Assembly (NCBI GenBank): GCA_044345405.1
Contig: JBIJBE010000002.1
Location: 64,001-128,000, forward strand
Reading direction: 5' to 3'
Origin: Bdellovibrionota bacterium
Lineage (GTDB): Bacteria > Bdellovibrionota_C > UBA2361 > OMII01
Length of the DNA stretch: 64,000 nt
Below the pieces are notes generated by a model, which ran no database searches, had not been told where the DNA came from, and worked only from the letters and a program-made list of their open reading frames with translations. The position numbers were made by a program, and so were the translations under genes. Shown here in pieces: positions 52,277 through 62,296 of this stretch. The stretch's first letter is position 1. Every line of letters starts with the position of its first letter.

Positions 52277-52645
52277 TCACTGGTAGATCGTTTCCTTCAG
52301 CCGCTTCAACAACATCAACATAAAGCCAGATGAACAGAGGTGAGGAAAGAAGCTTTGATTGAGCTTTTCAGCGTTGACTGCCACGGCAACAAGCTTAGTG
52401 ACGGTCGCCGCATCTGCTGAAAGGATCTTCTCCGGAGACTGAAGAAAGGGCCTCAGCTCCTCAATCCAGCCCATCCAATCAACATCCTCGGAGCACAGAC
52501 CGCTCCCCTTAATGCACTCTTGCAGATCTCTCACCTGCGGAGAGTATTCACCGGTAGTGATATACACTGAATGTGCGTCACGTAATCCGTCAGTCTCAAG
52601 GAGTGGAATAAAATCGAATAATCGCGTCAACGCCGCCTCGTCCAT
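52277..52645 (-). CDS. Hypothetical protein (DUF6508-like, tentative)
   Basis: ATG at 52645; DW..W...ILSAD...LV pattern; the longer ORF-track start lies inside the duplicated fragment. Confidence 0.6.
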   Translation of the reverse strand: MDEAALTRLFDFIPLLETDGLRDAHSVYITTGEYSPQVRDLQECIKGSGLCSEDVDWMGWIEELRPFLQSPEKILSADAATVTKLVAVAVNAEKLNQSFFPHLCSSGFMLMLLKRLKETIYQ

Positions 52646-52739
52646 TTTCTCGGTATACCACACGAGAGCGTGTTCGACTATGACACAGAGAAGCCTTCCT
52701 TGCCCCTGAGCAGACCGCGGGCGACGTGAGAGGTGAAAA

Positions 52740-52920
52740 TCACCGAGCGTCGTTACAGAGGTCAGTAAGGAGCGATACAACGTTAGCGTTAAACTCGCGT
52801 TGATTCCGCAACGCTGGACCGAACACGGCGTTGATGACCGGTTGAAGCATCCGCTTACCGAACACGATAAACGGCCCAATGATCTTACGGTGCGAGGTCG
52901 GAGTCTGGGGCCGAACATCG
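52740..52920 (-). repeat. Orphan 3' fragment of the gene at 62902-63315 (left att-like direct repeat)
   Basis: 181 bp matching 62902-63082; 52864-52920 is identical to 63026-63082; encodes DVRPQTPTSHRKIIGPFIVFGKR...LTDLCNDAR*. Confidence 0.93.
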
Positions 52921-53173
52921 AAGGACCTCCCGCATCGCCTTTATAAGCGCACAGGAGGGAAGATCATCGAAGCGTAGAGTCGCTGATTCCAACCCCTGCC
53001 CCACAGCGCATACTCGGGATCTGCCGAGGAATTCTCAAAAGACACGCCTGCTGCGGCGGAGTCGATTTTTCGAACACTCCAAGAGGCTGGGAGGCGGTAC
53101 CCGATATACATACAGGAAGAATAAAGAAACCGCCGCCCTACTCATCCCTACCTCAGGGCTCATCCCTGGCGCA

Positions 53174-54175
53174 TCACCGCCGCGCAACGGCCCTCTCGAT
53201 TGGATAGAAGGAGAACGAGTATTCCTTTAAAACTGCAATCACCGCCCAGTCCCTAAGGACGTGCCCGAATGCCTCTTGCAGCGAATCGGTAAGCTCTCCT
53301 ATCTGCTCGGGGCTCTCCACTTCACAACGCATGATATAGTCCCAGACACCGACGAGTCGCATCATACTCACAATCGAACGCTGCTGTTGGCACCATCGCA
53401 AGATACTCTTGTGCATCTCAGCAGAGAGTGTATTGCTTGCAATCTGAATTCGGTATACTTGCATGCCAAGGCGAGCCGGCGAGACGAGATACGGAAAACC
53501 TGTTATAACCCCACTCTTAGTCAAAGCCTGTATTCGATAACCAATAGTAGACGAAGGGAGTCCGGTAGCGGAGCTTATATTTCTTAGCGATTCCGCGCCG
53601 CGACCACCTAATACTCGCAATATAGCGTGGTCGACCTCGTCGATGCTGACGATCCCAGACCCCGGCAGCGCCTCAAATCTTCGGCTATGCTTCACGCCCT
53701 CCGGGGCGAGGTATTTCCTCCCGAACCACCAGTATCCGATCGAGAGGCACGAATCTCTCGTATCGAACATGCCCGGCGCGCGAGCGTCGAGCTCCTCTAG
53801 GCGCCGAGCCACGTCAAGCGTATTCATCGCCTCAATACCGATATGATAGTCATACTTACCGGCCGTGCGATAAAACCATCTGATCCCGGGGGATTCCGTC
53901 ACAGCCTGGGTAAGTCTTGCGCTGAGACTCTTTTTATCCTTCGCTGGAGAGAAGAAAACCTCAAGCTCGGTCGCCCCGAGCCGGTAGGTGTCGACAAAGA
54001 CAGCCTGCGAGACAAGCCCCTCCTTGGCCCAACGGCTCATCTTCCCCTGGAGAGCGCTCTCTTTTATCCCTAGAGATTTTGCGAGCGAGCTCAACGGCTC
54101 GTTACCATGGAACTGAAGCGAGTACAGCAGGAACTTGTCTACATCTGAAATTTTTTGAATTTGTTGTCTTTTCAA
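53174..54175 (-). CDS. Tandem (double) Lrp/AsnC-like transcriptional regulator
   Basis: Two wHTH plus RAM-like halves: DKFLL...SLAKSLGI and DEVDHAIL...ISSATGLPSSTIGYRIQALTKSGVI; GKYDY and GVWDY motifs. Confidence 0.8.
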   Translation of the reverse strand: MKRQQIQKISDVDKFLLYSLQFHGNEPLSSLAKSLGIKESALQGKMSRWAKEGLVSQAVFVDTYRLGATELEVFFSPAKDKKSLSARLTQAVTESPGIRWFYRTAGKYDYHIGIEAMNTLDVARRLEELDARAPGMFDTRDSCLSIGYWWFGRKYLAPEGVKHSRRFEALPGSGIVSIDEVDHAILRVLGGRGAESLRNISSATGLPSSTIGYRIQALTKSGVITGFPYLVSPARLGMQVYRIQIASNTLSAEMHKSILRWCQQQRSIVSMMRLVGVWDYIMRCEVESPEQIGELTDSLQEAFGHVLRDWAVIAVLKEYSFSFYPIERAVARR

Positions 54176-54279
54176 TCGACTCTCTACTTACAAAAGACGT
54201 CAATAACTAGCGCTCTAAACTAAAAACCGAAGCCCGACAAGAATAAAGGATGCCAGAGGATTTGTTATAAAACCGATAC

Positions 54280-54320
54280 GAGAGAGAAGAAGGGAAGTGA
54301 ACCCCATGGCTCACTTCCCT
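54280..54320 (-). terminator. Probable terminator after csrA
   Basis: Perfect 10-bp stem agggaagtga / tcacttccct (54291-54320) followed on the minus strand by a pyrimidine tract. Confidence 0.6.
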
Positions 54321-54325
54321 GCTGG

Positions 54326-54493
54326 CTACCGTCCTGCGTCAGGGCGCGTTCTGGTCTCCTGCCTGAAAACTGGAACATTCCTTGGCGCTTCGATTCCAAG
54401 TTTAACCCTTCCGCGTTCAATTTCTAACACGGTAATTTTGATGGAATCACCAATGACTATTACCTGATCACTACGCCGCGCAAGAACCAACAT
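54326..54493 (-). CDS. csrA: Carbon storage regulator CsrA/RsmA
   Basis: MLVLARR..Q.IVIGDSIKITVLEI..GRVKLGIEAPRNVPVFRQE; start ATG 54493. Confidence 0.93.
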   Translation of the reverse strand: MLVLARRSDQVIVIGDSIKITVLEIERGRVKLGIEAPRNVPVFRQETRTRPDAGR

Positions 54494-54510
54494 TAGACTA
54501 TTCTCCCAAA

Positions 54511-54655
54511 AAAACTTCAAAGGCCCTCTGAGAAACCGTCGTCCCTCCTCTGGCATAAGAGTCAGAGCGACATACCGTTAGAGATAGAGAAAGTACAACC
54601 GTCAGTCAAACGACATGAACGGTGACCAACAATCGGCTCGAATATTGGACAAATA
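54511..54655 (-). promoter_or_regulatory. Conserved csrA upstream module, copy 1
   Basis: Palindrome TGACCAA-N15-TTGGACA (54623-54651), TTGACT-17-TATCTC (54609 to 54581), leader core 54524-54566. Confidence 0.75.
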
Positions 54656-54717
54656 CAGAGGCCTCGCCAACGAATATCTCAGGAGAGTGCGTAGCGAGAA
54701 TAAACGTAAATCAGACA

Positions 54718-56958
54718 TCACTCAATTCTCTCCGCCACCCAGTTGTACTCAAACACGCCACTCCGAGAACTAGATGAGCCGGTGACAACGGTTTTTCCAG
54801 ACAGCGCAGAGCCGTCCGCGGACAGAACTGCAGAGCTACTCAGAGTGGCTCCGTTGATGGACTTCGCAAGCAAGTTTACGTCAAAGCCGTGTTCCCGAGG
54901 CGTAACCGAGACCGATTCAAAGTGAGTAAAGAGAACCTCGCCGCTCAACCCCGATATACCCGTTACGCCAACCAGAGTGATAGAAGAGCCAATGAATCCT
55001 CTTTGGCTCTCGTCGAATATGAAATAACCCTCCCCCTCGGCGGGCGCCGTAAGGGACCATTTCCAAACCCCGGCCAAGTGAGAAGGAGTTGATGCGGAAT
55101 TGGACTTGCCGGCTGATAGCGGAGGATTCTGCTGCGGACCGGCGTCGACACGCGGAGTATCTGCTTGCTCCATCAACGGCTGGAGTGGTTCTGCCACAGT
55201 ATTCTCGAGCCAGTCGACTGAGCTGTAGGTTCTTAACTGACCGTCCACTAATCGCTCAAACCCTTTCGTCGCTACCAGCGCCCCCGGTTCGGTCTTATCC
55301 GCAATGTAAAACAGGGCGGTGACTGAAACATCAGAGAGTCGCCGCACCTCGCCTTCTTGCGACACGCCATCTCTATTCGCGTCGAACCACAGGCCCAATT
55401 TGTCGAGTTCGATGCCGTCTATCTTTCCATTTCTATCAGTGTCCATGGTCGCGAGCGCTTCGTACCCATCTTTCCACGGAATGGCGGTGTGTTGGTTGTC
55501 CGAAGCGGGCTGCTTTCCGCCGAAGGTCCAACTGCCGAATAGCTGTTCGGCCGAGGTGATTGAACCGGTGTGTTCAGCGTCAAAAACAAGGACAGGGAGA
55601 GACGCTGAACCTCTCCACAACCACGTATCCTGCTTCGAGTGAGGGTTAAGCTTGAATGACACCATCGTGCTCGGAAGCAGAGAGTAGTCACCAGCCCATA
55701 CCAGGGAGATCGGCGTAGCCATTTCAGCGTAGTAAGAGATAGATCCGCACGACATTTTGTCGGGCGTGATCGTCGAGACTGGAATCAGCTTGCAATTTTG
55801 ATCAATGTAGAGAGAGCCCGCCTTACACCCCGGCTCTTTGTCCTCTTTCGAGCCTCCCCCGATCTGTGCCTCACCTGCATGACCCAGGGAGTTCGCGGCA
55901 CCGTAACCTCCGAGGCAGTTGATGTACTGTTTATTTTGCTCGTAACTGTCTCTTGTCCGCTCGTTCTTCTCGAGAAGGTGTATCCAGAGGTAGCTGGTAA
56001 AGCACGTGGCGTACTTCTCCATCATTTCCTTGCCGGCCAGATCTACGCCCTTGGCCTGGGTGTATCCGAAATCTTGGTTATGACAGGTCTCGAACGCTTT
56101 TCTAGCAACGTCTTCGAAACACTGCAATGATTGCGCGCCCTCACTTGGTGATATCTTCAGATCTCCCAACTTGTGCGTGCTTCCGTGCTTGAAATTAAGT
56201 CCGTAGTAGCTGCAACTAGGGGTTGGAGTAGCCGTGCTTGTCGCCGTCGCCGTTCGAGTGGGTGTGAGCGTCGGAGTCCGGGTAGGAGTTCTCGTAGGCG
56301 TCGCCGTTCGAGTGGGCGTAAGCGTCGGAGTCCGGGTAGGAGTTCTCGTAGGCGTCGCCGTTCGAGTGGGTGTAAGCGTCGGAGTCCGGGTAGGAGTTCT
56401 CGTAGGCGTCGCTGTTCGAGTGGGTGTAAGCGTCGGAGTCCGGGTAGGAGTTCTCGTAGGCGTCGCTGTTCTAGTTGGGGTAGGCGTCGAGGTTGGTGTT
56501 TTCGTCCCCGAGCATCCGACTCTTCGGAGGTAGTTCAAGATGACTGCAGAATCGAGGGGCGTTACACTGCCATCCCGGTTTACGTCTAAAGCTCTCGAAC
56601 TTTCACTAACGGGGCCTGGCCCCTTCTTGATGAGAAACAGGTCGATCGCTTGAGCGTCCGTTTCATTAACCACGCAATCCTGATTGACATCATAGGTTGA
56701 TAAGACTCTGTCGCCGTTACAATCCAGCGGCGCGCAAGGCTTCGCTGTCGCCGAGCGGGTAGGAGTTGGGTCGAGCCGTGAGGGCGCATCCTCTGGGCTG
56801 CGAACGACCGGCGAGGCGTTACAAACCCAAGTCACGGGGTATGATACGGCCAAAAGACACGCGATCCCTAGGGCGCACAGGCGACTGCTGCAATAAAGAA
56901 CAACATTGGCGACCGCACCGATTAAGCCTTCAGCGAAGTCGTTCAGCTTGATCACCAT
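54718..56958 (-). CDS. Secreted protein with dockerin-like EF-hand pair, Pro/Thr linker and Ca-binding-loop C-terminal domain
   Basis: [12 protein letters not shown] and [12 protein letters not shown] dockerin-type loops; TPISLVW...EQLFG...[18 protein letters not shown]...[15 protein letters not shown] pattern seen in large secreted RTX-associated proteins. Confidence 0.75.
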   Translation of the reverse strand: MVIKLNDFAEGLIGAVANVVLYCSSRLCALGIACLLAVSYPVTWVCNASPVVRSPEDAPSRLDPTPTRSATAKPCAPLDCNGDRVLSTYDVNQDCVVNETDAQAIDLFLIKKGPGPVSESSRALDVNRDGSVTPLDSAVILNYLRRVGCSGTKTPTSTPTPTRTATPTRTPTRTPTLTPTRTATPTRTPTRTPTLTPTRTATPTRTPTRTPTLTPTRTATPTRTPTRTPTLTPTRTATATSTATPTPSCSYYGLNFKHGSTHKLGDLKISPSEGAQSLQCFEDVARKAFETCHNQDFGYTQAKGVDLAGKEMMEKYATCFTSYLWIHLLEKNERTRDSYEQNKQYINCLGGYGAANSLGHAGEAQIGGGSKEDKEPGCKAGSLYIDQNCKLIPVSTITPDKMSCGSISYYAEMATPISLVWAGDYSLLPSTMVSFKLNPHSKQDTWLWRGSASLPVLVFDAEHTGSITSAEQLFGSWTFGGKQPASDNQHTAIPWKDGYEALATMDTDRNGKIDGIELDKLGLWFDANRDGVSQEGEVRRLSDVSVTALFYIADKTEPGALVATKGFERLVDGQLRTYSSVDWLENTVAEPLQPLMEQADTPRVDAGPQQNPPLSAGKSNSASTPSHLAGVWKWSLTAPAEGEGYFIFDESQRGFIGSSITLVGVTGISGLSGEVLFTHFESVSVTPREHGFDVNLLAKSINGATLSSSAVLSADGSALSGKTVVTGSSSSRSGVFEYNWVAERIE
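56245..56471. repeat. 54-bp coding tandem repeat, four copies plus a partial
   Basis: Units start at 56245, 56299, 56353 and 56407; encode [18 protein letters not shown]. Confidence 0.95.
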
Positions 56959-57559
56959 CCCCTATTCTCCTCTAAGGCGTATAGCAGCCAAGGATCCCTC
57001 GTGCACCTCCCTAAACATCACGGAAGAAGAATGCAAAAAACTTCCGAAAACCATCCGCGACCAGAGGGAACGGCAAATGCCGGGCGGTGGCCACGGCACC
57101 ACAAAATACGCGAGTCGGCTCGCCCTCCCGATGCTAGCCATACCATACTAACTGTTGGGGGCTGTCGTCCGTTCTCGGACGAAACTTTACGTTTACAGCC
57201 AGTTTTGAGAAAGACCAAAAAATAGGAAGATTTCGGGTGCAAGAATGGGTAATGCGAAGGCACCGAACACATGGTCACCTTGTTTCAGCACCATACATCC
57301 TCAGGGAACCTTGCCTGCGGACTACGTTCATACCAGTGAGAGTAGCGGGCTTCCTTACCCAGGTTTCTCAGGGCTTTGAGAACGATCCCAGTGGGCAAGG
57401 TCATGCTGGAGGGGATTCCGAACGACTTTGCCCTTTACCGCGGTCAAACTAGCGGCGGCGGTCGCTTCTTGTGAGGGAAGGTATTTAAAGAGCTGTGGAT
57501 TAAGGGCGGTGCGTTAGCACTAGGTATTTGATCAGTCCGCCTGGTGTTCATGCGCCGGA

Positions 57560-58232
57560 AACACGAAAGCCCTCAGTGATTGTGGAGTTCAGACCGGAGC
57601 GGTCTTGAATGGACTGCCGGTCTCTGACGTGAAAGCGCTAACTGAACTGTCAGTTAACTGTTAATGCGCGTCACTTCCTTGGCTGGTAGAGCTGGGTTCG
57701 TCAGCCGCTGCCTCGCACCAGAAAACTGACCTTGCCATCAAAAGAGCCCCTTACCAGTTTGCCCAGGGCCGGCAATGCCCCTCAAAGATCCCGGTGTCGG
57801 CGCTGATCGGGTTTGTGGCTCTCGACGGAACGCTTTCCGCCAAACTGGAGGAGGGGGTGACGGTATACTGCGATGTCCTTGAGGAACTCAGAAACCATAC
57901 TCGCCGCACTAACGCGAACCTCAGTGTCTATTCTTGTTGGACATCCAAGTGAGCGCTGCGCAACTAACGCGGTACAAAATGAATCAAACTCCGAAAGCCA
58001 TTTGGAGGCAGATACTTCCGCTAATAACAAGGGGTCGAGCACCGAAAGTTCGATTGCAACGAACGACTGCTGGCACTCCTTGACAAGACTGGCCTGCGAC
58101 AAACCCGACACTCCATCGTCTTGCGTTATCAATCACGGCGAACACTCGGATAGCTCTGCCGTCGATGTTCCGGTGCTATTTTTTGGGGGCAGCAGAACAG
58201 GCGCCTCCGATCTTCAACACAAACCGCTCACT
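57560..58232 (-). pseudogene. Decayed paralog of the double Lrp/AsnC regulator
   Basis: Collinear fragments ERFVL...PKKIA, GLSQASLV...IELSV, EVRVSAASMVSEFLKDI, FGGK, ALP, SGLNSTI resemble DKFLL...PLSSLA, GLVSQAVFV...TELEV, GIEAMNTLDVARRLEEL, FGRK, EALP, TGLPSSTI of 53174-54175; several stops and frameshifts. Confidence 0.5.
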
Positions 58233-58301
58233 TCTTATTAAATCAGCTATCAGGATTACGTCGCCAGCTTTTCGGTTCAGACCTAATAGTCCTATTTTCA
58301 T
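58233..58301 (-). pseudogene. Truncated csrA remnant (copy 2)
   Basis: LLGLNRKAGDVILIADLIR aligns to the CsrA N-terminus MLVLARRSDQVIVIGDSIK, at the same position relative to the upstream module. Confidence 0.6.
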
Positions 58302-58307
58302 CCTCAC

Positions 58308-58452
58308 AAACACTCGAAAACCCTCTGAGAACCGTAATCCCTCCTCTTGCATAAGAGTCAGACCGACACACAACTTGGAGCTAGAGAAACCCAAGATCTC
58401 TCGCAAACTACGTAAAGTGCATACAACTAATAGCCCGAACATCGGTCAAACG
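58308..58452 (-). promoter_or_regulatory. Conserved csrA upstream module, copy 2
   Basis: ccctctgagaaccgtaatccctcctcttgcataagagtcaga (58321-58362), TTGCGA-17-TAGCTC, degraded palindrome. Confidence 0.75.
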
Positions 58453-58513
58453 TGAGTCAGGACCAAACCCGAGCGGAACTCCCAGGAGCACCCCCCTCAG
58501 TTTGACAGGGGCA

Positions 58514-61500
58514 CTAAGAACACTGACTGTTAAAGCGAGGAAGCTGCGTTGATACCTCCAGAGTTCGATTATACAAGGTTGTTCCCGTGGCAGCACGGGC
58601 CGCATCGCTTGAACTAAGGCTACGGCGCCGTGCTTTCTTAAGTGTCGACGCCGCTCGCTTCGTGAGGCGGTGAAGCTGCTTCGCGCGACCGGTTATCTCA
58701 GTGATATTTGATGAAGTCTGAATGGCCGCGCATCCAACGCATGATTTAGTCACCAGCGGGAAGCTCGACCATATGCTTTTCCATTGCGCAAGGTAGAGGT
58801 CCTGGGCCTCCTCCTCGTATGAAGCAGCGAGGTCCAAAAAGGTTGACGCGTTCGATACGCGTCTGATGCGACTCGCTAAATAGCGCACGGCAGACCGCTG
58901 TCGCGAGGCGAGATTATCGAGCTGTGACAACGTATCTTTGTTGTCGGCTTCGTTACACGAGATCTCTTCAACGGTACATCGCTGAGTCTGCGCCGAGGCC
59001 TCGACGGCGGCACTACCTAATGTCCACGTGATCACACTCGACGAGCTGGTGTTGTCACTTTCCGGAGTCGCGAAAGGGACAACCATCGTGAAGACATTAC
59101 TAAACGCGCCTCGAAAGAAGGTCGTCGGTTGACCCGGATTCGCCACGCCTGGATCCACGGAATTCCGCGGGCCATAAGGAATTGCAACAGAGGATAGTTC
59201 ATCACTCCTGTAACCGAAGTGTGCTAACAGGCTCCCGTCTTGCAGGACATCCACACACTCGGCAATCGGTGTTACCTTGTATTGTGTGTCAGTTTGAGTC
59301 TCTGTTGCTGACGTTGTCGCCGTAGGCGTCGGTGTCTTTGTCAGCGCTATGACCTCGCATGTTGCCGACGGTGTCGCCGTGGGTGTCGGTGTCTTCGTCG
59401 GCATTATGACCTCGCATGTTGCTGAAGGTGTCGCCGTAGGTGTCGGTGTCTTTGTCGGCACCACCTCGTCGCACTCGACATTGTCTTTTGGTGAGGAACA
59501 TCCCGGATCCAATCCATCAATCAGACCATCTCTGTCGTCATCAACGCCGTTCTGACATTGAGAGGTGCCATCAGCCTCATTAGTATCTTGAGAACTTGAG
59601 CATCCTGGGTCAGCCAAATCGATAAGGCCGTCTCGATCATCGTCCGTACCGTTTTGGCACTGAGAGGTTCCGTCACCCTCATTATTGTCTTGAGGGCTTG
59701 AGCATCCTGGGTCAGCCAAATCGATAAGACCATCTCGATCATCGTCCGTACCGTTCTGACACTGAGCAACTGGCGATGCCTCGTCGCTATCATCAGGTCC
59801 ACTACAAGCGAAGTCCTGCAGGTCGATCGCACCGTCTCTGTCGTTGTCCACACCATCCGAGCACTGACTCGCAATTTGGAAGCGATACGCGACCTTTGCG
59901 GCCTGCCACGGACCCTTCTGGCCACCTTGCCCGATTCCTCGTACGAACCACTGGTACTGCCCTCGCGGCAAAACCGTTGTTGGCGTGTAAGAAGTTGACG
60001 TCAGGCTTGCCTGCCTAATGACCACCTGGCCGTTCGCGGGGGAGATTTGTCTAACCACGATCTCGTAAGTTTTTGCCCCGGCAGCGGCCTTCCAGCGAAA
60101 AGCTACTTCAGGAGCTGAAATTACTCCGTTCTGAGGAGGGAATACCTGCGTTGGTAAGCCGATAGGTTGCGCACGAGCCTCGTTGTTGAGGGTACGGTCG
60201 TATGTCGCACTGCTCGTGAGGTCACGCCAGCATCCGGGGTCGGACGCGTCCGTCACTCCGTCAGAATCGTTATCCGAGCCATCCTGACACTGTGAGGTGC
60301 CATCAGCCTCATTAGTATCTTGGGGACTTGAGCATCCTGGGTCAGCTATATCGACAAGGCCATCTCGATCATCGTCCGTACCGTTCTGACACTGAGCAAC
60401 TGGTGATGCCTCGTCATTATCATCAGCTCCACTACAAGAGAAGTCCTGCAGGTCGATTACACCGTCACCATCATTGTCTAATCCGTCCGAGCACTGGCTT
60501 GCAATTTGGAAGGTAAACGCGACATTTTCGGACTGCCAAGGACCTTTCTGGCCGGCTTGACGGACTGCTCGTACAAACCATTGGTACCTCCCCCGCGGCA
60601 AAGATACCAGTGGCTTGTAAAACGTCGAGGTTATGTTTGCCGTTCTTATGACCTCCTGGTTTGCTTGAGGAGAGACCTGTCTGACCGAGACCTCATAAGA
60701 TTGCGCTCTAGCAACAGCCTTCCAGCGGAAAGCTAATTCGGGCGCCGTAATCACAGCGTTCCGAGGTGGAAACACCTGGGTTGGTATCCCTAGTTCTGGT
60801 TGCGAGCGAGCTTCGTTGTTGAGGGTACGATCGTAGGTCGAGCTGTTCCCGACGTCACGCCAGCACCCAGGATCTGCCGCATCGACCACTCCGTCGAGGT
60901 CGTTATCTGAGCCATCCTGACACTGAGAGGTTAGTAGACCTTCGTCGTTTAGGTTGGGGTCATATGAGCTAGGGTTTTCAGGGTTAGCCCAGCATCCGGG
61001 GTCATATCGGTCAGACAGGCGATCCCCATCGTTATCGAGACCATCGTCGCATTCCGTCCCACCTGAGCACAGATACGAGAAGTAAGCGTTTACACATCCA
61101 TTATTAAAGCCAAGAACCGCCTGGCCGGTGGTGGGATCATACAAAGCTCCCTGGATGCTCGTGGAACTGCACTTAGAAGAGAACGTGTTAGTACCGGCGG
61201 CACACCTTCGATTTCTTCCGATAGTTTGACTTCCAGACGCTTGAGTTGATTTGAAAGAAGTTAGATGAGCGGTCGTCGCTGTTCCCGGCTGGGCGCATAT
61301 ATATCCACATTCCGAGATTCGGCCAGCTCCGCTTTGGGACGCGGTAATAACCCCATCCTCCCTGTTGTAGGAACATTCTACCGTTCCAGTACCGGCGCCG
61401 CCCTGTCTGACCTTTTGGAAATTTGCCACACTGACGACGCAAGTGAGACCAGCACCAATTGAAGTACCAGAGGAAACATATCCTGCCGTAAATTTTTGAC

Positions 61501-61825
61501 TTGCTCCTCGAGAATTATGGCACACATATACGCCCTTTCCGTCGGCGTATCGATTGCTGGCAATGGAGACACGGTTATTAGCAAGGCGTACCTGGAAGAA
61601 CGGCTCCTGATTCGCGGAGTTGTCGGATCGAACCCAAAGATAATTCCCCACAGAGGTAAAGCACTGGTCATAACCATCAGTGGACACGCTTTCTGTTGCC
61701 GAGATGTAGCCCATCTTAACGCCGCTATCCCGATATATCTCCTGGGCATTGATAACCGCCCCCCCAAGGAAGACTGACAAAAGTGAACAGAGCGTTGCGA
61801 TTCGAAGAGATAATCTTGTTTTCAT
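58514..61825 (-). CDS. Large secreted Cys/Asp-repeat surface protein with two FN3/Ig-like domains
   Basis: Signal peptide; about nine C.[DN]G.D[ND]D.DG..D..D..C repeats; duplicated PTQVFPP...FRWKA...YQWFVR domains; PT linkers; C-terminal helical region with CxxC. Confidence 0.82.
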   Translation of the reverse strand: MKTRLSLRIATLCSLLSVFLGGAVINAQEIYRDSGVKMGYISATESVSTDGYDQCFTSVGNYLWVRSDNSANQEPFFQVRLANNRVSIASNRYADGKGVYVCHNSRGASQKFTAGYVSSGTSIGAGLTCVVSVANFQKVRQGGAGTGTVECSYNREDGVITASQSGAGRISECGYICAQPGTATTAHLTSFKSTQASGSQTIGRNRRCAAGTNTFSSKCSSTSIQGALYDPTTGQAVLGFNNGCVNAYFSYLCSGGTECDDGLDNDGDRLSDRYDPGCWANPENPSSYDPNLNDEGLLTSQCQDGSDNDLDGVVDAADPGCWRDVGNSSTYDRTLNNEARSQPELGIPTQVFPPRNAVITAPELAFRWKAVARAQSYEVSVRQVSPQANQEVIRTANITSTFYKPLVSLPRGRYQWFVRAVRQAGQKGPWQSENVAFTFQIASQCSDGLDNDGDGVIDLQDFSCSGADDNDEASPVAQCQNGTDDDRDGLVDIADPGCSSPQDTNEADGTSQCQDGSDNDSDGVTDASDPGCWRDLTSSATYDRTLNNEARAQPIGLPTQVFPPQNGVISAPEVAFRWKAAAGAKTYEIVVRQISPANGQVVIRQASLTSTSYTPTTVLPRGQYQWFVRGIGQGGQKGPWQAAKVAYRFQIASQCSDGVDNDRDGAIDLQDFACSGPDDSDEASPVAQCQNGTDDDRDGLIDLADPGCSSPQDNNEGDGTSQCQNGTDDDRDGLIDLADPGCSSSQDTNEADGTSQCQNGVDDDRDGLIDGLDPGCSSPKDNVECDEVVPTKTPTPTATPSATCEVIMPTKTPTPTATPSATCEVIALTKTPTPTATTSATETQTDTQYKVTPIAECVDVLQDGSLLAHFGYRSDELSSVAIPYGPRNSVDPGVANPGQPTTFFRGAFSNVFTMVVPFATPESDNTSSSSVITWTLGSAAVEASAQTQRCTVEEISCNEADNKDTLSQLDNLASRQRSAVRYLASRIRRVSNASTFLDLAASYEEEAQDLYLAQWKSIWSSFPLVTKSCVGCAAIQTSSNITEITGRAKQLHRLTKRAASTLKKARRRSLSSSDAARAATGTTLYNRTLEVSTQLPRFNSQCS

Positions 61826-62126
61826 GACGATATTTGGACCTTTGTAGTCATCCTTTGCCGAGTTTCACTGTTTAGTGGCACCAATCTTTCTTAAGAAGGT
61901 CGACAAGTCGTTAACCCGACCTTCCCACACACCTTCCGTAAAACCCGCCAATCCCTTCTCCGTTGTTCGGCACATCGACATATGAGGGGCTCCGGGCCCA
62001 GCTACACGCCGATTCCCTTGAGAGACGAAAGAACGAAGCATTCTGGAGGACCTGCTCAAACAACCTTTTTTTGAGACTCAAAGGGAACGCACACCCGTGC
62101 CCCCCGCTGCTAGCTGACGTCCCCAG

Positions 62127-62280
62127 TCAGAAGTCCTTTTCCCCCTGCCTGACCACGGGAACATTCCCTTGGGCTCTGGATGCCCAATTACATTCTGTCG
62201 CCCTTGACGTTTAAAACCGTAACTCCGACGCTTCAACGAACAAGAATTGCCTCATCATGTTTCCGGGCTATCGCCAATCT
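62127..62280 (-). pseudogene. Full-length csrA pseudogene (copy 3)
   Basis: LAIARKHDEAILVR*SVGVTVLNVKGDRM*LGIQSPR(+1)NVPVVRQGE: two in-frame stops, one frameshift, no ATG at the expected start. Confidence 0.85.
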
Positions 62281-62296
62281 GTGCGCACTCTTCTTA

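Noticed and set aside
52646-52918. N-terminal extension of ORF 52277..52918
   Set aside because: It is an off-frame reading of the duplicated gene fragment; ATG 52645 is the more plausible start
54524-54566. SAM-I riboswitch (leader starts CUCUUAU..AGAG..GAGGGA)
   Set aside because: I cannot find the downstream GCAACC, GGUGC or closing P1 strand, and the downstream gene is not sulfur-related; an Rfam scan would settle it
56245-56471. CRISPR-like periodic repeat
   Set aside because: Contiguous 54-bp in-frame coding repeat with no unique spacers
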